DNA of 64,000 bases, taken from Hypanus sabinus. Its lineage: Eukaryota. A program made the translations under genes and the position numbers. This document shows positions 12,640-23,900 of this stretch, one piece after another (positions within the stretch are counted from its first letter, which is position 1; every line of letters starts with the position of its first letter). The DNA is taken from contig NC_082714.1 of NCBI RefSeq assembly GCF_030144855.1, forward strand, positions 93,620,001 to 93,684,000. The letters are read 5' to 3'. The notes under the pieces are model-generated. The model saw only the letters and a program-made list of their open reading frames with translations. It did no database searches and was not told where the DNA came from.

Positions 12640-13250
12640 AAGGAAACGTAAATTTAGAATCGATGTCTATATATGTCATCATATACTCCTACGGGATTCA
12701 TTTTTTGCGGACTTTCAGAGTAAATACAAGGAAGCGAAAAACAATGAATTAAGAACGGCAGGCAAAAAGAGGGACAATGAACCAATGAATAAATTCCCCA
12801 TACAATAATAAAGTAAAATCGCAATAAAGATTAGGATCGTGAGTTCTTGAAAGTGTTCATAGATGGTGGAATCAGTTCAGTGTTGTTGTGAATGAAGTTG
12901 AGTGAAGGTGATCCCTCTGTTTCAAGAGTCTGATAGTAGAGGATGATAATAGAGGGTGACAACTGTCTACAACTATTCATAGTGTTGTGGGACCTCAGGC
13001 TCATGTACATGCTTCTTATGGCAGCAGTGTGAATAGAGCAAGGCTTCCATAGTGGGGTTGGAGGGGTGGGGAGTGGTCCTTGATGATGGTTGCTGCTTTC
13101 ATGCGACTACTCCTCTTTAGGTGTGCTCAGTGGAGGGGAGGGCTTTACCCGTGATGGACTCGGCTTTATTCCACTACTTTTTGTACGTCTTTCCGTTGGT
13201 GCTTCCATAGCAGGCAATGATACAAGCCGTCAATATAGACTCAGTCATAG
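12640..13250 (-). mobile_element. Rex-type 3' fragment (host of the L1 insertion)
   Basis: It matches 40860-41490 and the antisense of the Rex 3' region (cttgaaagtg..gaatcagttcagtg..gttgctgctttc). Confidence 0.6.
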
Positions 13251-14549
13251 AAACATAGAAACACAGAGAACCTGCAGCACAATACTAGCCCTCGACCCAC
13301 AAAGTTGTGCCGAATATATCCCTACCGTAGAAATTACGAAGCTTAATTATAGCCGTTTATTTTTCTAAGCTCCATGTACCTATCTAAAAGTCTCTTAATA
13401 GACCCTTTAAAAGTCCCTTAATAGACCAGTATAGATATGTTCAACAACCTGCCAGAGTTAGTGGTAGAGGGTCGTAAAATTGTGCAGTTTAAAAGACATC
13501 TAGGTAGTTAGACGGATATTAAAATTTTATCGTGACATTAGTCAAACGCGAAGAAATGAGACGAGCGCAGTTAGGCAACTTTCCCGCCATGGTCAAGTTG
13601 GGCAACAAGGCCCATTTCTGTTCTGTATAACTCTGTAAGTCTAAATGTCACGGTTGTCGGGGGTAGGGAATTTGTGTTATAGTTGGTTGTCAGTGAGGCT
13701 TAACAAGAACCACTCCCGAGGCGTCCAAAAAGTTATTTATTGTAGAGACTGACATGTAAGGTCAAAATATGTTTGAAGTTAGTAATAACGAATAAAATTA
13801 AGGATCAATTACATCCTTCGCAGGTGAATGATATCTAAGTATAACCAGTTGTGAGGGATTAATTTTGGCTTTTTCCTAGCAGTTTGAGGACGGAACTTTT
13901 TGGTCGGATGACAATTGTTCAGTATAGGAAACAGGTGTGTTTTGGGATTGAATTACCCAATGCTGATCATGTTCTCTGGAGGAGAGAACTGACCCGTAAT
14001 GACAGTCTGGGAAAGCAAAACCGAACAAGTTCGGGAAACTGTAAGGAGAATACACCAGAAGACAAGATGCTGATTCGACTACAAAAAGGACACAAAATCT
14101 GTTTCCTCTGGATGGACGATGGGGGAATAGGATAAACAGCCATGACGTGACTGAATTCAGTCAGAGCCTGTCAATTTTCTCTCCCAGAGCCCCGTGCATT
14201 TTCAGTCGCCGACCAAAATCCATAATGGGACTGATACATGTTTTGGCACGATGAGATTCAGCGCTGAAGATATCGGCTAGGTAGTGCTGGGGTTATGACC
14301 ATTTTTGATCTTGGATAACAGCAAAGCCTGTGCGCGAGGTCTATCAATGTTCTTACAAATTCCCTTTGTGTCTTGTATTGAAACATTTATCGGGGTCCTC
14401 AGATTATGTTGCAGGTGGGTTCAGAGATGGACAGAGATAACGAGCCCATGATCACTCTCCATGTAGTCTATGTTACTGAAGTGAGTTTTCTGTTCCCTAC
14501 TCTCAAAGTTGTACATTTATCAGACACAGAGCTGAATCATCATCTACAC

Positions 14550-14860
14550 CACTCCTCTTTCTCTCTCTTTCAGACAGATACACACACCCTTCCCTCACTC
14601 TTCGACCTCTTCGGGATCTCCCCTTTCCCTCCTCTCTCTTTCCCTTTCTCTGCCTGTCTCTCTGTCCCCTCCTTCAGTTTCTCTTCTCTCTGTCTCTCCC
14701 TATCTCTCACACAAACTGTCTCCGCTCACATTCTGATCTTACTCATTCTGCCACACTTCGCAGTGCTTTTTCTTTCACCCCATCTCGCTCTCGCTCCCCG
14801 CCCTCACCATCTCACCCTCTGTCTCTCCTGTTTCCCTTAACTCATTCTACTTCTCTTTTC
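14550..14860. repeat. Pyrimidine-rich (CT) low-complexity tract
   Basis: Read directly. The paralogue at 45200-45640 contains an N gap. Confidence 0.85.
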
Positions 14861-15029
14861 CCTGTCCCTATGTCCTTCCATTCATTGGTTGTCACAACTA
14901 CTTCCAATTGTGTAAGCTTTTATTTTTCAGGTTTAGTTTTAGAATGTGTCTCTTCCTATTATTGCAGTTTCTCAGATTTAGAAAATTATATAAAAAAACG
15001 TTCTGCCGTATTTCATCAGCGCCCCCACC

Positions 15030-15200
15030 TTCCCAGGAGCTACTGACCGCGCCACCTGCACCACTTCACTAACAGGACAGAAACAGCAGCAATTTGTGTA
15101 ACTGTCACTAAATAAAGGCTGTGCAAGCCCCGTCCTGGTCCCCATGGGGAGATGACGCGGGCCGCAGCTGCATCAGTGCCGCTTACAGCACAAACATTTC
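15030..15200. promoter_or_regulatory. Candidate intronic enhancer upstream of the C exon
   Basis: CACCTG (15053-15058), TGACGC (15153-15158) and CAGCTG (15165-15170) sit in non-repeat sequence. All three are retained in the paralogue (45789, 45888, 45900). Confidence 0.3.
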
Positions 15201-15887
15201 GACCCTATCTATTTATCCATCTCATCCTGTACTCCGGTCAGGGACGAAAAAAAAATCATGGGTCCATGGGAGAAAAAATTGAAAGCGCCTGACTGAATGA
15301 GGGAGATGTGAACTGTATTGATCAGTGTCCTACGGCCAGGAAAGGGTTGAGGAAGAATTACCATATCCCAGGTTATGAACGACACGTATTCAAACTTTAA
15401 TCACCATCTCCAATTCTCCATTAAGAGGTAATGCATAGAACAAGCCTTACAGTAACCAAACTACAGGATACCATTTTAGAAATAAAAACAAGCGAACATT
15501 TCACAGTGGCGTTCTTCGATAAACATTGATACCGTGGGGAGTTATTGGAGAACAATAAAGAACTGGTCTCAATAAAGGGACCAATCCTATTGGCACGGTG
15601 TGGGCAATTAGCGAAGTTATTGAGTAGTGTTGAAGGTATCGTTTAATACATTGCAGAGAGCAGAGTGAATTCAAAAACAGTTTTGAAATAAATAACGTCA
15701 CGTCGTAGCCGCGCAAGTCTGTGAATAATCCGGACAACTCTTCACTCAAAGGTTGGCACCCGAGAGGTCAAATACGCCATACAAGGTGTCCCAATGCCTG
15801 CGTTAATTTCGGCGCTGGTGTTTCTATCTCTGAACAGTCCATGAACTAATATTGTGTTAATTCCTCTTCGTCTGCTCTCTCCCACAG

Positions 15888-16216
15888 GTAGCGCTTCCCG
15901 GGAGCCGTCAGTTCTCCTGCTCCCTCCTTCTCCGGAGGAGACCCACTTGGGTTCGGCCACTCGCTCCTGTCTAGTTAGTGGTTTTAAGCCGGGCTTGGTA
16001 GCGCTGCGCTGGACCGTGGATGGAGTCGAGACGGAGAGCTGAGTGACGACAGGCACTGTGTCCCTGCACACCGACCAGACCTACAGACTGAGCAGTTACC
16101 TGCGGGTACCCGCCGCTGCCTGGAACAAGGGCTCGAGCTATTCCTGCAGCGTGAGTCACAGCTCGCTGAGCTCGCCGTTGCGCAACACCATCTCTTCGGC
16201 CGCCTGTGCGCAGTGA
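15888..16216 (+). pseudogene. Immunoglobulin light-chain constant exon (C1-set), type I / sigma-2 (sigma-cart, NS5)-like, with premature stop
   Basis: The acceptor is ctctctcccacag, phase 1. The exon reads GSASREPSVLLLPPSPEETHLGSATRSCLVSGFKPGLVALRWTVDGVETES*VTTGTVSLHTDQTYRLSSYLRVPAAAWNKGSSYSCSVSHSSLSSPLRNTISSAACAQ*. It has both C1 Cys, the Trp and a C-terminal interchain Cys. The motifs PSVLLLPPS, CLVSGFKPG, VTTGTVS, SSYLRVPA and WNKGSSY match my recollection of the horned-shark type I C. TGA is at 16040-16042. Confidence 0.92.
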
Positions 16217-16506
16217 GAGTGTGCTGGCTGGCAGTACACGCGGATTGTTTGCTCTTGTTTAATGCAGTGAAGCAATGATTGGTTCAGTATAGCAGCCCAT
16301 TGAAATGTAAATGTGTAGTAATATTCGCTAATGGAAACAGACAGAATGTTTATCAACTTCAGAGCAGGTGGCAATAATAATCCATCTTTTGCGACGGTTA
16401 ATTCTGTGTAAAATTGTCTTTATTGTGCTGTATCTGAACTGCCGCTGTGTGTAGAATCAGGAGCAATCTCCTGTGCTGTGATTGGAACTTGTGTAACACA
16501 GCTCTA

Positions 16507-16512
16507 AATAAA
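16507..16512 (+). terminator. Polyadenylation signal of the IgL C exon
   Basis: AATAAA lies ~290 nt after the stop, followed by the GT/T-rich tttatcgtgtcttttctt. Confidence 0.6.
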
Positions 16513-16984
16513 AGAGGAAACAACGGTAGATTTATCGTGTCTTTTCTTGACTCGGTTGCTGACAGTACTTGCGGAGAATAGTCGCGGATAATGTGCCGTC
16601 TAGGAGCTTCAATCAGAATTACAGTTAACTCGTCTCCGACATCTTATTCCGCTATTTGCTCTCTGTGTCCTGAGCGTTCTTCGGCCGTCAGCACTAACCT
16701 CCCACAACCCACTTCCTCCGCACTCGCCATCACCGGAACCTTCTGTTGTTCGTCGTACTGCAGTTCTGCTCTTCATTTACAACCATCCCTGTGGGAGGAA
16801 GATCAACGTTCTCACTGCCTTTTGGCCACGATTTACCACGATTGGGAGTGCGACACTATATGGATGTTTCCCCGTGACTTGACCATTCTCTCTATCGATT
16901 CCGTTAGTTTCTGAATAACGGCCATCAGCCTTACTTCCCGCCCTGAGACCACCGTCCCCACCCACCACACCCACACCCACACAT

Positions 16985-17800
16985 TAGCTTCTGTAACTCA
17001 TGGTTATCATCAAAGTCAAAGGTAAATTTGTTATCTAAGTATGCACACATCTTCATATGCGACCACAGGTTTCATTTTCTTACGTGTTTTCACAGTAGAA
17101 ACAGATGTCCAATGGATGCAATGAAAAAACTACACACAAAAGACTGAGAGGCAGAAAGACGAAAAGACGCGAGTAAATAAATGGATAGATAGAAAAATAG
17201 AAATAAATAAATAAAACATGCATGAATGATAAATCAATTGAATTCAATCAATCATACATAAATAAACAAACGGATAAAGGGATGATGGATAAATGCATAA
17301 ATAATACTGAGGACACGAGTTTGAAAGAGAGTCAAGAGATCGCGGAAGCAGTTCAGAGCTGCGGTGATTTAAGTCATTCACTTTGATTCCAGAGCCTGAT
17401 GTTTGAACTCTTCCTAAAGCCTGTAGTGTGGGATCAAAGACTGTAGTTCTCAGATGGGAGGAAGTTGCTGAAGCGCGAACCAAGTAAAGTTGACGACAGA
17501 GACCCGTTTACTTATGTTAAAGGTATAGCTTGTCTTATCAAGAGTGTAGTCGTTATAGTGGGTGTGACTCATAAGACGACTGCGAATGTTAGCTCCACAC
17601 ACAGAGAGTGACTTAAATATCATTTTACACAAATTATTTACGGTTACCAGACCTGCTGATTTTTCAAGAATTTGGTGTAGAAATCTGACTTCATCTTTAA
17701 AGAGGTTTTAAAGTAGGTGCGATGGTATCAACTTGTCCCTGGACTGTGCTAATCAGTTTATTTATGGACTATAATGGAAACGTGAAGGACATTAGGGAAA
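16985..17800 (+). repeat. Block D1, paralogous to 27350-27930
   Basis: The blocks share a repeat remnant and its unique flank (gacctgctgattttt.caagaatt..agaaatctgacttc..ggtatcaac.tgt..ctggact). Confidence 0.75.
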
Positions 17801-18869
17801 ATAAGTCCAGTCCATAAGACAGAAGTCAAATAAACAATCGGGCAAATGACGCCCACACTTGGTTTACTGGAACAATTAACATGTTTAACGTTTTAAAACA
17901 TTGAAAATACTGGGACAGTCAAGCGCATTATACAACACTAAAACAGAAAAAATGAACATAAAATAGAATACATTAAATATTATAATATATTAGCTTAATT
18001 TGGCATACGTAGAAACAATCATACTGTGCCGTTTGTGTCAAATCAAATCAATAAGGATTGTGCTGGGGACAGACCGGAATTTTCAGCACGCCTTCGGCGA
18101 CAACATATATTTATTTGGTGTTTACGTATTTACCTATCTATGTGTCTTTATATCTATCTACCTAACTGTCTGCCTGTGTATGTATCAATGTAACTGTCTG
18201 TGTATGCATGCATGAATGTAGGTATCTATCTGCAGATCTATTTATTTATTCATCCATTCATTCATTCATTGATACAGTGCGTACCAAACCATTCTGGACG
18301 AACGACCCCGCACCACCCAGCAGCTCACTGTTTTGTCCCAAGCGCAATCACAGGACAATTTACAATAACCAACTAACGTACTAACCAGTACTTCTTTTGG
18401 CTGTGGAAAGAAACCAGAGAATCTGGAGGATGCCACACCTGTCAGTATCTCCAGTTGAACTTTGTCTTTTTGTGTCTTTTTCCCCTAGCCCTCAGTCTCT
18501 GGTTTTGTAATGACTTGTACTCATGCATGCCCCATAAGCCCCTCTCACCGCTCCTGCTCGACACCGACCCCTTTTTCTCATTATTGCCTGTTTTGCTGCC
18601 GCTTATGTCTCATTTTGCCCCACCTATCATCTGCCTCTCTGTTTATTGCTCAGTATATTTTAGTCCTGTGCTTTGATCTGCTTGATGCCAGATTGTGGAA
18701 ATGAATTTTCCTGAGGTTTCCAGCATTCGTATCTGTACTCTATCCGTCTGAATATCGACTCTGCCTGATCCCGATTCTGCCTTATTGAAAAGCGCCTGAA
18801 ATACACACGCAGAGCGGATTTATTGCACATTTGCAATGATCATTTAAACATTATGGCTTACTGAATGAC

Positions 18870-19340
18870 AAAGAATACTGTGTATAAAACATTAAGCCTG
18901 CCCGTTGGGAAGGTGAACACTACTGTAGTGGCGATAGTAGACAGCCGTACATCGGGATGCAGTCTGTAAGCCATATTCAACAACGAAAAAACTGGTGAGG
19001 CGCGCTTTCCTACAGCGCCTATTATCCCCTATTTGACCCCCACCATAAGACCGGAAGTACCACAGCATTAGGACAAGGACTGCTCGGATGGGGAACAACT
19101 TCTTCCCCCAGGACGTGAGATTGCTGAACGCTCCGCGACCACCCAGTTCTCATCACCTGTGGAGTCTCAATACTATTACACAGCTTGCTTCCGACTTGAG
19201 TCGTAAATGCATCTTATTCTGATTGTTAATTTTATGGATTATATGTCATTATGTGTTAAGCTATTTGTAGTAATTTTCTGTGTTGCTTGTGAAACATATG
19301 CACCTTGTTGGGCATCTGGTCCGGAGGAACTATAGTTCGT
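18870..19340 (+). mobile_element. Rex-type 3' fragment
   Basis: The stretch agcattaggacaaggactgctcggatgggaacaacttcttccccc is the sense counterpart of the family at 8790-9250. Confidence 0.55.
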
Positions 19341-19699
19341 TTCATTGAATAACTATGAACCTGAACTTGAACTTCAAGACGTCAGTGAAGGTAAATATAT
19401 TCAGCCCAATGAGGGTAAAGTGGTCTTCAAGATGGCCTCAGATGGCGTCGATAAATGTCGTATCTTTGCAAGTATCTCCGATGGGAATGGTCAAAAATTC
19501 CCATTCAGGACTGCTAACAGCTGAAATCCATATTCACTGGAGGGTCACCAAGTAACAGCGGCGAACTCCATTGCCATTACTTGATCCTCTAATTCCAGCA
19601 TTCTCTATTTCTCTTGCTGTTTTATCTTGCTTGCAAAATCCACTTGCGTAACAATATCGATCTGGACATCTGGTGGGTGGAGATGTACGTAAGACTAGA

Positions 19700-20985
19700 C
19701 GGCCAAAAGACATAGGAACAGAAGTAGGTCATTCGGCCCATCGAGTCCTCTCCAGCATTCCATTGTGGCGGATGACGGATCCCACTGAACCCCATACACC
19801 TGCCCTCTTGCTATATCGTTTGATGCCCTGACCAATCAGTAAACTATCAACTTGCTCCTTAAATGTATCCACGGTCTTCGCCTCCACTGCAGTCTATGGT
19901 CGAGCATTCCACCGATTTACTGCTCTCTACCTTTACTTCTGTTCTAAATGGTCGGCTTTTTTGCGACTGTATTCTACAGCTCTGCATACCCCTACCTTAG
20001 GAAACATGATTTCCACATCCACTATATTTAGTCGTTCCAACATTCGGTTGACTTCAATAAGATCCCCCCCCCCCCGCAATCATCTAAATTCCAGTGAGTA
20101 TAGAGCCAAAGCGGCCAAACTCTCTTCATATGTTAATCCCTTCATTCTCGGAATCATCCTCGTGAACCTCCTCTGGACTATGTTCAATGACAACACATCC
20201 TTTCTAAGACATGGGGCCGAAAACTCATGTCAATACTCCACGTGCGGGCTGACATGTGACTTAGAAATGTTCAACATCATCTCCTTGTTTTTATGTTCTA
20301 TTCCCCTTGAAATAAGTGCCAACATTGCAGATGCTTTCTTTACCACAGACACTATCTGCAAATTAATGTTCTGCGAGTTTTGCAGGAGGACTCCTAAGTC
20401 CCTTTGCACCCCTGATGTTTGAAACCTTTGCCCAGTTAAATAATAATGTGCACTAATGTTCATTTTACCAAATTGCAGTATCATATATTTCCCAACACTA
20501 TTCCACTTGCCACGTTTTTGCTCATTCTTTCAATTTGTCTAAGTCGAGCTGCAATCACATTGCTTCCTCAGCACTAACTACCCTCCGCTTATCTTCGTCT
20601 CACCTACAAACTTTGCTACAAAGCCTTCCATTCCATTATCTAAATCATTGTCGAACAATGCGGAATCTAGCAGTCACAAAATTGACCCCTCACACAGGCA
20701 GCCATTCAGAAAGGGACTCTTGTACTCCCACTCGCGGCCTCCTGCCTGTCAGCCATTCCTCTATCCATTGTAGTATCTTTCCTGTAACACTGTATGATTA
20801 CATTTTGTTATGCAGCCTCGTGTGTGGTAGCTCATTAAACGCTTTCTGGGAATCCAAGGAAATAACATCCACTGCCTGTCCTTTTGTCCGCACTGCTTGT
20901 TGCTTCCCCGAAGCACTAACGGATTTGTACAGGATTTCTCCTTGTAGAAATCATGCTGACTTTGACTACAGTTACAGGCCGGTGT
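19700..20985 (-). mobile_element. CR1 RT and 3' end
   Basis: ORF 20230-20484 (-) reads QRDLGVL..KKASAMLALISRGIEHK. The 3' tail is near 19700. Confidence 0.85.
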
Positions 20986-20989
20986 TTAC

Positions 20990-23900
20990 ACCGGGGCTAC
21001 GGGAGGCAGACAGGTGGGTCACGGTTAGGAGGGGGAAGGGGAATAGTCAGGTATTAGAGGGTACCCCGGTGGCTGTACCACTTGACAATAAGTACTCCTA
21101 TTTGAGTACTGTTGTGGGGGGGGGGCGGGTGCAGCCTACCTGGGGGAAGCAACAGTGGCCGTGTCTCCGTCACAGAGTCGGGCCCTGTAGCTCAGAAGTG
21201 TAGGAAAAAGAAGAGGAAGGCAGTAGTAATAGGGGACTCGATAGTTAGGGGGTCAGATAGGCGATTCTTCGGACGCAATCAGGAGACCCGGAAGGTAGTT
21301 TGTCTCCCTGGTGCCTGGGTCCGCGATGTTTCTGATCGCATCCAAGATATTCTGAAGTGGGAGGGTGAGGAGCCAGAGGTCCTGGTGCATATAGGTACCA
21401 ATGACATAGGTAGGAAAAGGGAAGAGGTCCTGAAAGGAGAATTTAAGGAGTTAGGAAGGTAGTTGAGAAGAAGGACCGCAAAAGTAATAATCTTGGGATT
21501 ACTGCCTATGCCACGCGACAGTGAGAGTAGGAATGAAATGCGGTGGAAGATAAATGCGTGGCTGAGGGATTGGAGCAGTGGGCAGGGATTCAAGTTTTTT
21601 GGGTTATTGGGACTTCTTTTGGTGCAGGTGTGACCTGTACAAAAAGGACGGGTTACACTTGAATCCTAGGGCGACCAATATCCTGGCGGGAAAGTTTAAT
21701 AGAACTGTTAGGGAGAGTTTAAACTAATTTGGCAGGGGGATGGGAACCGGAATGATGGAGCAGAGGAGAGGGAAAAGGTAAACAGATTTAACGTAGTGAG
21801 CAGTAAGGCGGTCAGGAAGGACAGGCAAGTGATTGAGCAAATTTGCAGTCATTGGGATGAGTTGCAGTGCAATCAATGCAAAAAGTACCAAATACTGGAC
21901 ATTAGGTGTTATACCTAAATGCACTCAGCTTAAGGAATAAGGTGGATGATCATGTTATCCATTTACAGTTTGGCAGGTATGATATTTTGGCAATCACTGA
22001 GACGTGGCTAAAAGATGCATGTCTCTGGGAGCTGAACGTCCAAGGATACACGATGAATCGAAAGAATAAGCACGTAGGTAGAGGGGGTGGCGTGGGTTTA
22101 ATGGTAAGTAATGATATGAAATCATTAGAAGGAGTTGACATGGGTTTGGAAGGTACAGAATCTTTCTAGGTTGAGCTCAGAAATCGCAGAGGTAAAAGGA
22201 CCCTGATGGCAGTTATCTACAGGCCTCCAAACAGTTGCAGTGACGTGGACGACAAATTACAAGAGGAAATAGAAAAGGCTTGCCAGAAGGGGATTTTAGC
22301 ATGCAAGTGCATTGGGAAAATCAAGTCGACACTGGATCTGAAGAGAGAGAATTTGTAGAATGTCTCCGAGTTGGCTTTTCAGAACAGCTTGTTGTTGAGC
22401 CCACTAGGGGATCGGCTGTATTGGATTGGATATTGTGTAATGAAACAGAGGTGATTAGACAGATGGAAGTGAAGGAATCCTTTGGAGGCAGTGATGACAA
22501 CATGTTTGAGTTCACTGTGAAATTTCAGAAAGAGAAGCCGAAATCCAATGTGTCCGTATTTCAGTGGAGTAAAGGAAATTACAGTGGCATGAGAGAGGAA
22601 CTGGCAAATGTTGACTGGAAAGGGCCACTAGCGGGAAGGAAAGTAGAGCAGCAGCGGCTGGAGTTTATGCGAGAAGTGAGGAAGGTGCAAGACAGATATA
22701 TTACAAAGAAGAAGACATTTTCGAATGGATAAAGGATGCAACCGAGGCTGACAAGAGAAGTCAAAGCCAAAGTAAAAGCCAAGCAGAGGGCATACAAGGA
22801 ACCAACAATTAGTGGGAAGACAGAGGATTGGGGAGTTTTTAAAAAGCTTACAAAAGCAAACTAAGAAGGTCATTAAGAGGGAAAAGATGAACCATGAAAG
22901 GAAGCTAGCAACTAATATCAACTCGGACACTAAAATCTATTTTAAGTATATAAAGAGTAAAAGACAGGTGAGAGTAGATATAGGACCGATTGAAAATGAT
23001 GCTGGAGAAATTGTAATGTAGATAAGGAGATGGTGGAGGAACTCAACGAGTATTTTTCATCAGTCTTCACTGTGGAAGATATCAGCAATATACCGGACAT
23101 TCAAGGGTGTCAGAGAAGAGAAATATGCGCAGTCACAATTATGGCAGAGAAATTACTCAGGAAGCTGAATAGTCTGCTGGTAGATAAATCTCCTGGAGCA
23201 GATGGAAAGCAGCCTTGTGTTCTGAAGGAAGTGGAGATTGCGGAGACATTAGCAATGATCTTTCAAAAGTCGATAGATTCTGGCCTGGTTCCGGAGGACT
23301 TGAAGATAACAAATGTCACTCCGCTATTTGAGAAGGTGGCAAGGAAGCAAAAATGAAATTATAGACCTGCTAGCTTGACATCGGTGGTTCGGAAGCTGTT
23401 GGAGTCGATTACCAAGGATGAGGTTACAGAGTACCTGGAGGCATTTGTCAAGACAGGCAGAACTCAGCACGGTTTCCTTAAAGGAAAATCCTCCCTGGAA
23501 AATCTAGTGCAATTCTTTGAGGAAATTACAAGCAAGCTAGACAAGGGAAATGCAGTGGATGTTGTGTATTTGGATTTTCTGAAGGACTTTGAAAAAGTGC
23601 CACACATGAGGCTGCTAAACAAGATAAGAGCCCATGGAAAGTTACATACGTGGATAGAGCGTTGGTTGATTGGCAGGAAACAGAGAGTGGGAATAAAGGG
23701 ATCCCATTCTGGTTGGCTTCTGGATACCAGTGGTGTTCCACAAGGGTCCGTGTTGGGGCCGCTTCTTTTTACGTTGGATATCAACGATTTCGATTGAGGA
23801 ATAGATGGCTTTGTGGCTAAGTTTACTGATGATACAAAGGTAGATGGAGGTCCCGGTGGTGCTGTGGAACCATAGAGTCTGCAGGGAGACTTGGATAGAT

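Larger units (their letters stand above)
2290..15530 (+). repeat. Segmental duplication block U1 (paralogue of 28480-46270)
   Basis: Colinear matches include 2290~28485, 5221~31211, 6000~32140, 8285~36248, 10830~40170, 13425~44030, 15050~45790 and 15500~46235. Confidence 0.9.

Noticed and set aside
14406-14840. Hydrophobic 144-aa ORF as a transmembrane exon
   Set aside because: Its Leu/Ser/Phe content comes from the CT-rich tract. The paralogue is gapped and not frame-conserved.
15502-15508. RSS heptamer CACAGTG, also at 46236-46242 and 36469-36475
   Set aside because: No ACAAAAACC-like nonamer at either spacing and no adjacent V or J coding segment.
16040-16042. Selenocysteine or programmed read-through at the in-frame TGA
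   Set aside because: The position is Gly in the family, I see no SECIS-like element, and a second damaging change (Leu>Arg) favours simple decay.
20535-21203. 222-aa ORF as a host gene
   Set aside because: It is mostly the antisense of a CR1 RT running into a second CR1, with no independent domain.
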